From Coniocarpon cinnabarinum (lineage: Eukaryota): a stretch of 43,570 nucleotides of DNA. Under the pieces are notes generated by a model. That model was not told where the DNA came from. It saw only the letters and a program-made list of their open reading frames with translations, and ran no database searches. Location of the stretch: the NCBI GenBank assembly GCA_051942205.1, contig JAVECO010000074.1, positions 62,001-105,570 on the forward strand, written 5' to 3'. The position numbers were made by a program, and so were the translations under genes. Shown piece by piece: positions 22,801-33,992 of the stretch (positions are counted from its first letter, which is position 1; each line of letters starts with the position of its first letter).

Positions 22801-23089
22801 AAAGCTGCGTAAAAGTCTCCAAAGCCAGCGGCAACCGAAGGCTGACTTGCTCAATGACTGCAGTGGCCACGTGTGAGAGGTCTGAAGGGCGTTCAGTTCC
22901 CCAGGACTGTAAGTCTTCCGGTGAAGATCCATTGACGGTGTCATGCAAAGGCTACGCAATGTTAATCTTTGATTTTGGTCAAGTTCACTCTGCCCATCAG
23001 TCCGGGATCTTGCTTACACCCAGATACACAGGGTAGTCGCTTTTCGCAACAGCTCTGAGCGCGTAATGCAGTGCATTTTGATCAGCCAT
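19821..23089 (-). CDS. Uncharacterised ~1041-aa protein: helical N-terminal half, ~300-aa coiled coil, basic S/T-P-rich tail; exons 23089-23018, 22951-22070, 21992-19821
   Basis: ATG 23089 (MADQNALHYALRAVAKSDYPVYLG); phase-0 introns GTAAGC..TAG (23017-22952) and GTCAGT..CTGAC..CAG (22069-21993) link ORFs 21962..22948 and 19821..21971; E/Q/K/L-rich heptad region. Confidence 0.78.
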
Positions 23090-23821
23090 TATAAGTTGTT
23101 GAAAGGGTCAGAATGTTAATCAACCAAGTTGGCACGTTGGGACGGGTTGAACCCAACGTATAACTTAGCGTCGATCATTGCTTCGGCCCAAAGCCTTCTA
23201 TCGTTGCTCGAGCAACGTCCAGCTGTAACAGACATTTCACAAGGCCATTGAGCTTTCAAATTTTCAGCGGCGCCCGGAGAAGAGCACGATGCGAATAAAA
23301 GCTCATTTCGCAGCACATATCAAGCCATTGGGCCAGCAAAATTTAACAGTCATCCGACCGACCAAAAAAGCCATCGCTGTGAAAGAAAATGCTCCACCCG
23401 CGCGGGATTGACACCAACGACAGCGTTCTGATGCGTGATACCAATAATATAGATGACGTGCGTAATGCGATCATGGGCTTGCAAACACAGGCCTTCGTAT
23501 ACAATGTGTGTATATATGTTGAGTTGAAGCTTCTAACTACGTATCTTGTCGGGTGTAATTTGCTGAAGAAACATAGATAAGCTGATTGGCTCGGAAGTAT
23601 CATGACACTGTATGTAATGATCACAGGTCACTATCTAGTCCCAAATACTTTTTGGTTGCGATTCATGTTCAAATTAGGTGAGTCGAATCGTAGAATGGCT
23701 TTTCCGCACTGCGATCTTCGTAAGAGTTTGTATATCAATCTGAGGTCCCATTCAGACATGCGAGCTGCTCTCATCTGCATCATGAGATGACTTTCAGCAC
23801 GATATTGGCCTCGCGCCTGTC

Positions 23822-25081
23822 ATGAGAAGCTTTTGTCGCTGTGCGCAATGGTCTAGACATGTAGCACTGTTTCCAAGTCCACCCACACGACCTCGCACTC
23901 GTCTCGACTTCGCGGATCGATGCGCACTGAAAGCGTCCTTCTTGGGTCCTCCCTATTTGCGAAGCTTCCACAGTAGCACGTTCTCGGCGGCTCCCTCAGG
24001 CTTCGACTACAAGATCGCTGCGGCCTTCTCCGGCAAAGCCAACGTGTTTGACCACAACAAACACCACTTTCTGTTTGATAGTGAGACTGGCCATGGCAGC
24101 TATGGAGAAGCTGCCCTCGCGAAGAGAGGCCGCAAAATACCTAGCGGCCAGGACTCATTCTTCGCTGGACCGATTGGCGATTGTGAGGCGAGAAGTGTAG
24201 CATTTGCAGTAGCGGATGGTGTTGGCGGTTACAAGGACAGCGGCATAGACTCAGCAGATTTCGCACATGGAATCTGCCGATACATGAAAGAGGCTGCAAG
24301 TACCCGGAAGGCTGAGAAGCAGACCAAGACGAAGGCGGTGGAACTCTTACAGGAAGGTTACGACCAGTTATGCTCAGATCCTCAGATCAAAGGCGGTGGA
24401 AGCACCGCGTGCATCGGCGTTGCGAGGTCGGATGGAAGTCTTGATGTTGCGAAGTATATTTTCAGACATCGTCAGCCCGTGAGGACACTGACATGGAACA
24501 GTCTCGGTGACTCTGGGTTTGTGCACCTTCGCATGAACGCAGTGAGCTTCTACAGTGATCCGCAAACCCACGCCTTCAATACCCCCTTCCAACTGTCGAC
24601 GGTACCCCCAAAGATATTGGCGCAGATCAAGAATTTTGGGGGATCAGCACCGTTCTGCGACATGCCAGCAGACGCCAGCTTGTCCTCGCACAGGATGCAT
24701 CATGGAGATGTCCTTGTCTTCGCGACTGACGGCGTGTGGGACAATTTGACATCACAGGAGGTGCTTGATGTTGTTAGCTCGACGATGACACACTCGGGAG
24801 CCTGGACAGCTCCAGATGGTCACGCGGTGCAAGTCAGTCCGACAATTCCCTATCTGACTGCTGAAACCCTTTCAAAAGAAGGTCACGGCATGCTCCCTCT
24901 GCAGACGCGGCTGGCCATTGAGGTCGTGAGAAAAGCAAAAGACGCAAGTGTAAATGTAAAAAGAGACGGTCCATTCGCACGTGCAGTGCAGCAAGCGTAT
25001 CCCCAAGAAAGGTGGCATGGAGGAAAGATTGATGACATATGTGTCCTCGTCGTCGTCGCCATTGATCGCTCAAGTGGGTGA
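23822..25081 (+). CDS. PTC7: PP2C-family phosphatase, Ptc7/Azr1 type, probably mitochondrial; exons 23822-24453, 24502-25081
   Basis: SGQDSFF, AVADGVGG, GGGSTAC, ANLGDSG (formed after splicing 24454-24501), QTHAFNTPFQLS, ATDGVWDN, GGKIDDI; Arg/Ser-rich N-terminus. Confidence 0.88.
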   Translation: MRSFCRCAQWSRHVALFPSPPTRPRTRLDFADRCALKASFLGPPYLRSFHSSTFSAAPSGFDYKIAAAFSGKANVFDHNKHHFLFDSETGHGSYGEAALAKRGRKIPSGQDSFFAGPIGDCEARSVAFAVADGVGGYKDSGIDSADFAHGICRYMKEAASTRKAEKQTKTKAVELLQEGYDQLCSDPQIKGGGSTACIGVARSDGSLDVAKYIFRHRQPVRTLTWNSLGDSGFVHLRMNAVSFYSDPQTHAFNTPFQLSTVPPKILAQIKNFGGSAPFCDMPADASLSSHRMHHGDVLVFATDGVWDNLTSQEVLDVVSSTMTHSGAWTAPDGHAVQVSPTIPYLTAETLSKEGHGMLPLQTRLAIEVVRKAKDASVNVKRDGPFARAVQQAYPQERWHGGKIDDICVLVVVAIDRSSG

Positions 25082-25473
25082 CAAGAAGCGTGTCGTTTCG
25101 CAGGCGCATTGTGTGGAGTTTCGGTTCCAGACTTGGCGATCTAGGTTGACTTTGTACAGACACCTCATTGTATAGACGCTGAGTATCAAGACGTGTCTGT
25201 TTGGCGTTGCAAAATGGCCTAGTAAATCGCAGAGGTGAATTTAGGGTTGTTGCTATGGCAATGCAATGCCACGTCCAATTTAGGCTAGTTCCAAACTCGA
25301 GGTTTCGCGTCGAGAAGATCGATCTTCAGAAACGTATTCGGCAACTAGTAATGGCAGTCTTGCATCTAATCTCTCGTTTTTTGTTCGCTAACGAGACAGT
25401 TTTGGATCTTCGCATGTCCTAGTCATCAGCTTTGTCACCACAAGAGTAGCGTTCTTCGAAAGATTGAATATCA

Positions 25474-28113
25474 ATGACAACCGCGTCGCCAACCCCCCTT
25501 GGCGTTTCATCTTTTGGCCATGGACGACCTACACGACCCCGGCCTTCCATGCGCAACAATTCAACACGGCCCCAGCTTCGAAGAAATTCGCCCCTGTCTT
25601 CACTCGGCCACGGTGAAGGTTTTCAAGCAGATGCGCCCATGCTGCAGAGCATATCAGTTGGAGCGGAAAGCTCAGACGAAGACGTGCCAAAACCAATGAA
25701 CTTTAGCGCTCTTACAAAAGCTCTACTCGAAGAAAACCCCGGCTCGAAACCAAGATCACCTGTTCGGGAATTGCAAAGGAATGAGCCAGCCCGAACTCGG
25801 TATACACACAGAAAGCATGAAAGCGAAGCGGCGGGTCCCGCCGATACCCCGTCTCGTGGCATCTTACGCATATCAAGACAAACGCCATCGCCAGGAGCGA
25901 GCGACGCTCACGAAGCTCAGCGTGTTGTACATCTTAGCGGCACAAAGAGATCTGGTGGGGAGTTGCGAAGAGTAAAGTCCACATTGGAGGGACCGACCGG
26001 CTCACGTGCTGCGACACCGTACGAATATGTCACTCCAGCACCGCAGCCTCGGAAGACAACGGAAGACCACCAGCATTCCGCGACTTCAGGATCGGTCGGC
26101 AGAATGCAACCTCGCTCAGACTCCGTAGGCCCTCACTCAAACGGATCAAGCTTGTACAACGGACATGCATCTTCAGGCAGCTACGCGAGTTCTTTCGAAC
26201 AGGGTACAGAGGCTGAGAATGATGCTGCGATGCAGTCGAAGGCCAGACAAGGCACAGATCACGCATACGGCTCTACACGTGTGCGCAGAGCTCCTATGAC
26301 CACAGGGACGTTACTCCGAGGAGCTCCGATGCGCCGTGGCATACGTCGACAGCTTTCTGAAGGCGGCAACAGTCCCAGCAATGAAGCTGACCATGTCCGT
26401 GACGAAATGCGAAATCAAGGTGTGGAAGATCCACCAGGAATCAGTCAACCCAACCAAGAAAACCCGAGGCGCGGGCATGAGGATGAGGGTATGCCATATG
26501 AACAAGACTTTGCAAGATCAAGCGAGGTGCGGTTCGATCGCAACAACCTTCAACACAGGCACCGGTCACCGTCGCAGCACGCTGTTGAGCATCGGCGCCA
26601 TGATGGCGACAGAGTGGAACACCGCATGCCCCTGCAACAGGAAGGACGATCCGAGTCCAGAGCGAGCAAAGTTTCCCTAGTCCAGCCGGTCTATAGAGTC
26701 CCGGAGCTCCCATTCAAATCGAACCCAGATGACCAGGAAAATGAACCGCCACCCACATTCAAACGGAATAAAGACCAGGCCATAGGTGTTTTGGGGAACC
26801 ACGACACACACGAGAAGGCACTCGCAAAGCAAAATGAGGGAGAGCGGAAAGGATCTATCATCAAAGCAGTATCTCAAGATGAGGCAAAACGGACCGCATT
26901 GCAACCGCTCAGTCAGAACACGCCTCTTAGACCTGCGCCGCCACCACCAAAGATGTCCGTAGTTGAGACCGCGACAGGAGCCGCAGGTGCTTCCACCGTC
27001 AAAGCTAAGAAGAAGCGAAGTCATGTTCTGGTCAATGGAAAGCTCTTTGAGATTCGTGGTCGTATTGGACGAGGCGGAAGCTCCAATGTGTATCGCGTCA
27101 TGGCTGAGAATGACAAAATGTTTGCACTCAAGAAAGTTAACCTCGAAGACTGCAACGAAGATTCTGTCCGGGGCTACAAAGGCGAGATCGAGCTGTTGAG
27201 AAAGCTCGAGAACGAGGAGCGTATTGTTCGCTTGTTCGACTACGAGGTCAATGAGCAAAAGCAGTCGCTGAGTGTCTTGATGGAGATGGGCGAGTCTGAC
27301 TTGAACAAGGTGCTGGCCACAAGACTTCAGCCAGAAGACGCGACCTTGGATTTATCCTTTACCAGGCACTACTGGCGGGAAATGCTTTGCTGCGTCTCTG
27401 CAGTGCATTCATATGACATTGTGCACTCGGATCTCAAACCTGCGAACTTTTTGTTGGTAAGCGGACGGCTGAAGTTGATCGACTTCGGCATCGCCAATGC
27501 TATCGACACAGAAAACACCGTCAACGTTCACAGAGAGACCAATGTAGGAACCCCAAACTACATGTCCCCAGAATCTCTACAAGACACGAACGCTGGCGCA
27601 GATTCCCGTCAACCTGGAGGAGGTGGACATGCTGGAAGAGGGTCCACCAAGTTGATGAAGCTTGGTAAACCCAGTGATGTCTGGAGCCTGGGGTGCATCC
27701 TCTACCAAATGACTTACGGCAAGCCACCCTTTGCGCACATTGCCAACACGTGGAACCGTGTATGCGCGATCATCAATCCGAGCGTACAGATTTCCTACGA
27801 GACAACAGGTGTTGGAGGCACGTACGTCCCATCGAGTCTAAGACGTCTTCTGCAACGGTGTCTGGATCGGGATGCAAAGAATCGGCCTACCGTCGCTCAA
27901 CTCCTCAGTGCGCGCGAGCCTTTCTTGAGTCCAGACCCCGAAGAAGGAACTGTGCCAATGACTGAAGCCGTGTTGGGTCAGATTTTGATGAAAGTCGTCC
28001 AGAGGTGCAGGGATGAGAAGAGAGGTTTTCCCTCGGATGGAGAACTTTTGAAAACCTATCCGAAGGGTTACATGGACAACATTCGAGCTAATCGAGAGCA
28101 AGGCTGGCCCTAA
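25474..28113 (+). CDS. MPS1: Mps1/TTK spindle-checkpoint and SPB kinase, 879 aa, intronless
   Basis: Long disordered N-terminus with DQENEPPPTFKR; kinase domain IGRGGSSNVY, ALKKV, HSDLKPANFL, LKLIDFGIANAI, VGTPNYMSPE, GKPSDVWSLGCILYQM. Confidence 0.9.
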   Translation: MTTASPTPLGVSSFGHGRPTRPRPSMRNNSTRPQLRRNSPLSSLGHGEGFQADAPMLQSISVGAESSDEDVPKPMNFSALTKALLEENPGSKPRSPVRELQRNEPARTRYTHRKHESEAAGPADTPSRGILRISRQTPSPGASDAHEAQRVVHLSGTKRSGGELRRVKSTLEGPTGSRAATPYEYVTPAPQPRKTTEDHQHSATSGSVGRMQPRSDSVGPHSNGSSLYNGHASSGSYASSFEQGTEAENDAAMQSKARQGTDHAYGSTRVRRAPMTTGTLLRGAPMRRGIRRQLSEGGNSPSNEADHVRDEMRNQGVEDPPGISQPNQENPRRGHEDEGMPYEQDFARSSEVRFDRNNLQHRHRSPSQHAVEHRRHDGDRVEHRMPLQQEGRSESRASKVSLVQPVYRVPELPFKSNPDDQENEPPPTFKRNKDQAIGVLGNHDTHEKALAKQNEGERKGSIIKAVSQDEAKRTALQPLSQNTPLRPAPPPPKMSVVETATGAAGASTVKAKKKRSHVLVNGKLFEIRGRIGRGGSSNVYRVMAENDKMFALKKVNLEDCNEDSVRGYKGEIELLRKLENEERIVRLFDYEVNEQKQSLSVLMEMGESDLNKVLATRLQPEDATLDLSFTRHYWREMLCCVSAVHSYDIVHSDLKPANFLLVSGRLKLIDFGIANAIDTENTVNVHRETNVGTPNYMSPESLQDTNAGADSRQPGGGGHAGRGSTKLMKLGKPSDVWSLGCILYQMTYGKPPFAHIANTWNRVCAIINPSVQISYETTGVGGTYVPSSLRRLLQRCLDRDAKNRPTVAQLLSAREPFLSPDPEEGTVPMTEAVLGQILMKVVQRCRDEKRGFPSDGELLKTYPKGYMDNIRANREQGWP

Positions 28114-28578
28114 AAGCGGATTCGACGCTTGCAGCTATTCTTTGCATTCTGACGGCTATTCTAGGCGTGCAATAAGATTGATCATTGTCGCTTGTCTGCC
28201 AATTATGGAATATTAATTGCTTCGCATAAGCAATGGGTCGCTGGCTGCACCTAGCTGAGCTATCTCTAGCTGGATATCTAATGCCTCGCTGGTGCTCAGA
28301 GCGAGGAGTGATGATATTTGTAAAAGCTCAGCATTCTATACGCTTGTGACACCGAGCGTGTCAGGTCTGAATGACACCATTGAAACGCTGCAAATTATTT
28401 CTCTGCAACGGCGCACGACTCCTTGATCGTTGCGCAAAGTTTTCATCCTCATGGGACTTTTGACGCGCAATGACCATGAGGCTCACATAGAGTCAGAGCT
28501 ACATCGTGACACATTTTTCGTACCCTGCCGCATTGCTGAGTACATATTGCCTCCGATTGAGCTCACGAGTGCTTCAGT

Positions 28579-30032
28579 ATGGACGCCGAAAACTTTACGG
28601 CAAATAAGCCGTTCCCTAGAAATCTCAAGTGTGGCGTTCTTGGTGCTACTGGGTAGGTCTATGTCTTTGCGGTGGTTGTAAAATGTAGAACGGTGAAGCC
28701 TCTGAGCTTGCTAGACCAACAAGCTTGACGCTCCGAGATTGAAACACTCAGTCCATGTAATTGTTCCTGAAAGCTTGTGCACATGGAAGTCTGACGAGAA
28801 TGCCGCTCTCGTAGAAGTGTTGGTCAGCGCTTCATTCTACTCCTAGCGTAAGTGACAGGTCTGAATGACTTGACTTCTGTGCCTCATGGAGGCGCTAGAT
28901 TCCATCCTCACTTCAAGCTTCAAGCGCTCGGCGCTTCTGAAAGATCAGCCGGCAAGCCATATCGCCAGGCCGTAAAATGGAAGCAAGCGTGAGTACGATA
29001 TACCGCAAAAGCACAACAGACCTAATTCCAGGGAAGACACCCCATGTCCAAAGAGTTGGGGGAGCTTGTGGTTCGAAAATGCCAACCTGAAGACTTCAAA
29101 GACTCCGACGTCGTCTTCTCAGGTCTAGACAGCGATGTCGCTGGTGAAGTGGGTAAGTAAGCGGTTCACATGCCTGGGGCATGATAATGCGGCTATCTGT
29201 CTGCAGGAGAGACATATCTAACTAACGTGCAGAAATGGCCTTTATGAAATCAAACATTCCTGTTTTCAGCAACGCAAAGAACTATCGCCGCGATCCGCTT
29301 GTTCCGCTTGTGGTTCCAACGGTCAACCTCTCGCACCTTGACGTGCTCAAGCACCAGCGCCAGCACTACCAGCTCAGACAAGGGTTCCTCGTTTGCAATT
29401 CGAATTGCGCCGTCATCGGACTCGTGATCCCTTTCGCTGCTCTTCAAGCTCGATTCGGCGCAATCGAAGCTGTCTCGGTCGTCACTATGCAAGCAGTCTC
29501 TGGCGCTGGATATCCTGGCGTTAGTAGCATGGACATTGTGGACAATGTTGTCCCGTTCATCAGTGGTGAGGAGGATAAGATGGAAGCAGAGGCACAAAAA
29601 ATTCTGGGTACCGTGAATGGAGATGTAACAGGCTTTGTGGACCAAAAGATGAAGATCAGCTGTGCGTGTAATCGTGTGCCTGTGCTAGATGGGCACACGG
29701 CATGCGTGTCACTCAAGTTTGCAAAGCAGCCAGCACCGAGCGCGGAGGAGGTCAAGCAGGCATTCAAAGACTACAGGTCGGAGGCACAGAAAATAGGCTG
29801 TCCTAGTGCACCGAGTCAGGCGATCGTGGTGATGGAGGAGCCAGATCGACCACAGCCAAGATTGGATCGGGAGACGGACAGAGGATATGCGGTGAGCGTG
29901 GGACGAGTGCGAGAAGATGTCAGTGGCATCTTTGATATACAATTCGTGGCGCTGAGCCATAATACTGTCATTGGTGCTGCTGGGTCATCCATTCTGAACG
30001 CTGAAGCTGCTGTTTTGAAAGGATTTGTCTGA
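28579..30032 (+). CDS. HOM2: Aspartate-semialdehyde dehydrogenase; exons 28579-28652, 28815-28847, 28899-28988, 29037-29152, 29233-30032
   Basis: Splicing yields [18 protein letters not shown] (Rossmann), [24 protein letters not shown], catalytic [33 protein letters not shown]. Confidence 0.93.
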
Positions 30033-30471
30033 AAAGCATACTCCGGCAGAAGAACAAAGTGGCAGAAAGTCTAGAATGACTACATGACTACTGCCGCCCA
30101 ATTTGATGCTACGTCTAAATAGGTTGGTGATAGATCTGATCACCCAGAACGGCGCTCCTAACTAAGAATACTCAAGGAAGAGACCTATGCATTCAGTTCG
30201 AGCCGGGGGCTGGACGAAACACCAGAGCTCAACGACATGATGCAATGTTGTCATGCAATCCTCGAGAACCTTTGGACATCGATGCGGAGTGGTATGTGCT
30301 GGCAGTTGTAGTTCTGTTTGTTGAGCGACAAGGGCACGTGATTGGAAAGCCTGAGCTCGCCAAGCTTTTTTGCTTCGCTGACATAAGCACGCACTATTCA
30401 ATCCATACACTCCTCAAACTAGTTTGTAGTCTTTTTGTCCAGCATCGTCGACAAGCTCGAACCTCGTCATC

Positions 30472-31539
30472 ATGGGTGGATACAAGGGCCCGAAGAAGCA
30501 TCAAAAGCGTCTCAGTGCGCCATCGCACTGGATGCTGGACAAGCTCTCCGGCAAATATGCACCTCGTCCATCGCCCGGTCCTCACAAGCTTCGTGACTGT
30601 CTTCCCTTAGTCATTTTCATTCGCAACCGGTATGCAAACCACGAAAGCTTTTGACATCACTCAGTAGTGACACAAGGAGCTAATCTCTGCACAGATTGAA
30701 ATATGCGCTCAACGCTCGCGAAGTCAAGTCCATCCTTATGCAACGTCTCGTCAAAGTCGATGGCAAGGTCCGCACAGACGTGACATACCCCACGGGCTTT
30801 ATGGATGTGATCACGATTGAAAAGACTGGGGAGCACTTCCGACTTGTCTATGATACTAAAGGCCGCTTCACCATTCACCGTATCACATCTGAAGAGGCGG
30901 AATACAAGCTTGGCAAGGTCAAGCGAGTGCAACTTGGCAAGGGCGGTGTTCCATTCTTGGTTACGCATGATGCGCGGACGTGAGTTCCCATCTCTACTGC
31001 TTTTTTGGGCGGAGAGCATGCATCTATCAGACGTTGGACCAAGTTTTGGGTGGCGGAAAGTCAATCGTGCTGCGCGGGTTCATCTCCCAGTCGATCAGCT
31101 TTCTGTTTCTGAGCTCAAAGCCCTAACAACGTTGTGGATGATGCTGTTTGCCTGTGATTTGTGTCTCGACGCTAACTAGACGCTCAGTATCCGTTACCCT
31201 GACCCGAACATCAAAGTCAATGACACGGTGAAGATCGCTTTAGACACAGGCAAGATCCAGGACTTCATCAAGTTCGACACCGGTGTTATTGCCATGGCTA
31301 CAGGTGGTCGCAACATGGGTCGTGTCGGTGTCATCACCCACCGAGAGCGTCACGACGGTGGCTTCAACATTGTGCACATCAAGGACGCTGTAGATAACGA
31401 GTTTGCCACACGGGAGACCAACGTCTTTGTCATCGGCAGTGACCGACCATGGATCAGTCTGCCCAAGGGCAAGGGTGTCAAATTATCGATTGCGGAGGAG
31501 CGAGACCGAAGAAGAGCCCATGCTCTGGCTGGCAACTAG
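30472..31539 (+). CDS. RPS4: 40S ribosomal protein S4 (eS4); exons 30472-30629, 30695-30979, 31188-31539
   Basis: [82 protein letters not shown]. Confidence 0.96.
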
Positions 31540-31926
31540 ATTAGAGTAACAAGCCACCAACTAAAGGTCGATTGAAAGTCTGTCCCTTGAAAACTTTTCA
31601 AAAGGGCAGCTAAATACATTCATCACTGATCAAACTAATCTGCACTGTGCATAATGATCAGTGCCTCCTTTTGACCAGTCAATTTTCCATGCTTTTCGTC
31701 TGCTGGTCATTGAGCGTTCCAAGCGCGTGACATGAAGTTTCCGCCCGCGCCAATACGTGGATGACGCATACTGCAAGGGAAAAAAAGTTTAGAATAATAC
31801 ATCGACTCGTATTCTCTGCGATTGACAAGATTCTGGGCTTGCAGTCTCGTTAATCGTTCATGCTAATGTCTACTTGCTCATGAGCCGGTGGTCTCGTCGA
31901 TCACCGCCGACAGCATTTCTTTCAGG

Positions 31927-32891
31927 ATGATGAAGCCTGCGCACCGATTCCTCGTCCGCTCGTTCCAACAACCTTTCCATTCTGCACATTCTCTACCATC
32001 GTCGACCCGATCACTTGCCCCGAAACGATGCGTAAATTCCACGCAACCTCGACTCTTTACTACGAGCCACACGCAGCGCAAAGCCCGCACGATCGAACAG
32101 GCCCGCGCTCACGCCCGCATGGGCCCCTTCAACCCCGTGAGTTTCGGCGTCTTTCTCCTATGCGGGATTGGTATGTACTGGTACTTTCAAAATGAAAAGG
32201 CAAAGATAGCAAGAAAGAAAACGAGGGATGCGAGCAAGGGATATGGGAAACCAAGGATTGGGGGCGAGTTCGAGTTGATGGATCAGCACGGTCAAAAGTT
32301 CAGCAGTGCAGATATGAAGGGGAAGTTCTCTCTGGTACGTCGCCCTTTTGCCACGAGACAGTGTCGAAGTCGCGACTAATGAAGAGACAGATATACTTTG
32401 GCTTTTCGCATTGTCCGGATATATGCCCTGATGAGCTGGATAAGATGGGCAGAATGATTGACCAGATCAAACGAAAACGTGGCGATGTGTTACTACCTAT
32501 TGTCGTGACGTGCGATCCAGCGCGGGATACACCGGAGGTGTTGAAGAAGTATTTGGAAGAGTTTCATCCAGATATGATCGGTCTGACGGGGAGCTGGGAA
32601 GACATCAGAAATGTGTGCAAGGCATACCGTGTCTATTTCAGCACCCCGCCGCAAGTAAAGCCTGGACAAGATTATCTGGTGGACCACAGTATTTATTTCT
32701 ATTTGATGGGTGAGTGCGATGCTACGTTGGCCGCAAGGTCGAATGAAAGAGAACGTGGGTAAGGCTGACGGTCTGTAGACCCGGACGGCGACTTCATCGA
32801 AGTTATAGGTCGTGAGCATCCTGCAGACAAGGGCGCAAAGGTCGTGACGGATCATATAGGTGATTGGGACGGCCCCTTGGACAGGAGCTAA
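31927..32891 (+). CDS. SCO1: Mitochondrial copper chaperone Sco1; exons 31927-32334, 32391-32709, 32779-32891
   Basis: Presequence, TM helix, GKPRIGGEFEL, YFGFSHCPDICPDEL (CxxxC), CDPARD, DYLVDHSIYFYLMDPDG. Confidence 0.93.
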
Positions 32892-33992
32892 CGACCAATG
32901 ATGCACCTGCAGAGCGGTGCGTCCTGTGTCAGTCAGCTGCCTGTCTCTTAAGAATGCATCACTGACGTGTTCAATCGGAAACAGACAAGTCGTTGGGACG
33001 TCAAGTCACATCAACCAGTTTTGATGAGGAGCGAGCAACTGATCTAGCGGCGTTGGAGAAGACGAGGAGGAAGGTGAAGTACAAGCCCAATGAAGAAACG
33101 TAATGTAGGTTGTTGGCATGTTCAACTATTCCATGAAAGACTGGTAGAAGGCGCAAGCAACGTCAGCAGGGCAGCCATTTTCAATTTGGAGATGTACGAT
33201 ATGCATGACACGAGGAGTCTTGTAAGTATGCACGCATTGTACAGACAGCAAAACAACATCGCCGCTTCTGCATCAAGTTGAAAATCAGTCCGAAGTCCTG
33301 CATCAACAGCTCGCGCGGCGACTTCGAATTGAAGAGTTACTTGCAATCATCCAATTTTTTGGAGTTGTGGGTGTTGAGAAACGAATTAGTTAGGCCTCCA
33401 TCGCAGTCGGTTTTCCACAAACCCTATGCGCATCATCTGAGGGCTTGACTGCAGGATCTGCGCTTGGCACGACCTAAAAGCGATAAAAGATTTGGATATG
33501 GGGCTACCACTGATTCTCAACTCTCACCTGTGATATTGACTTCCGTCAGCCATTCGCACTCCACAAAAATTGTCACCATCATGACCTGCATTAGCAAATC
33601 CTGCAGCAAATGCAATGCTCAAAGAGCGCAGAAATGTGCCGAAGGTGTGAATATAATACTACTTCGCAAATGAGCGACGGGTCACAGAGGCCCATGCTGA
33701 TAACAATGATTGAGGCAGTCGCAGGTAGAGGTTTGACGTTCCCTGTTTTGTCTCTTTTGCCAAGCTTGGCGATAGAGCCTGTTAACATTTCATCTCAAGA
33801 TTGGTCGGAACAATAGCGGAGGTATGACGTTCATCTAATCAGGTCGGTTCTCCACCTTTGGGTCGACTGTTCACTAACTCAAATGACGATATTGAAAGCC
33901 ACGTGTCCGCTAGTCTTGCAGTCTCACATGTCAATCCAACTCCTCATCGTGATAGTAGCTCCTTAAACTGAATAATTGCATCAACGACGATC

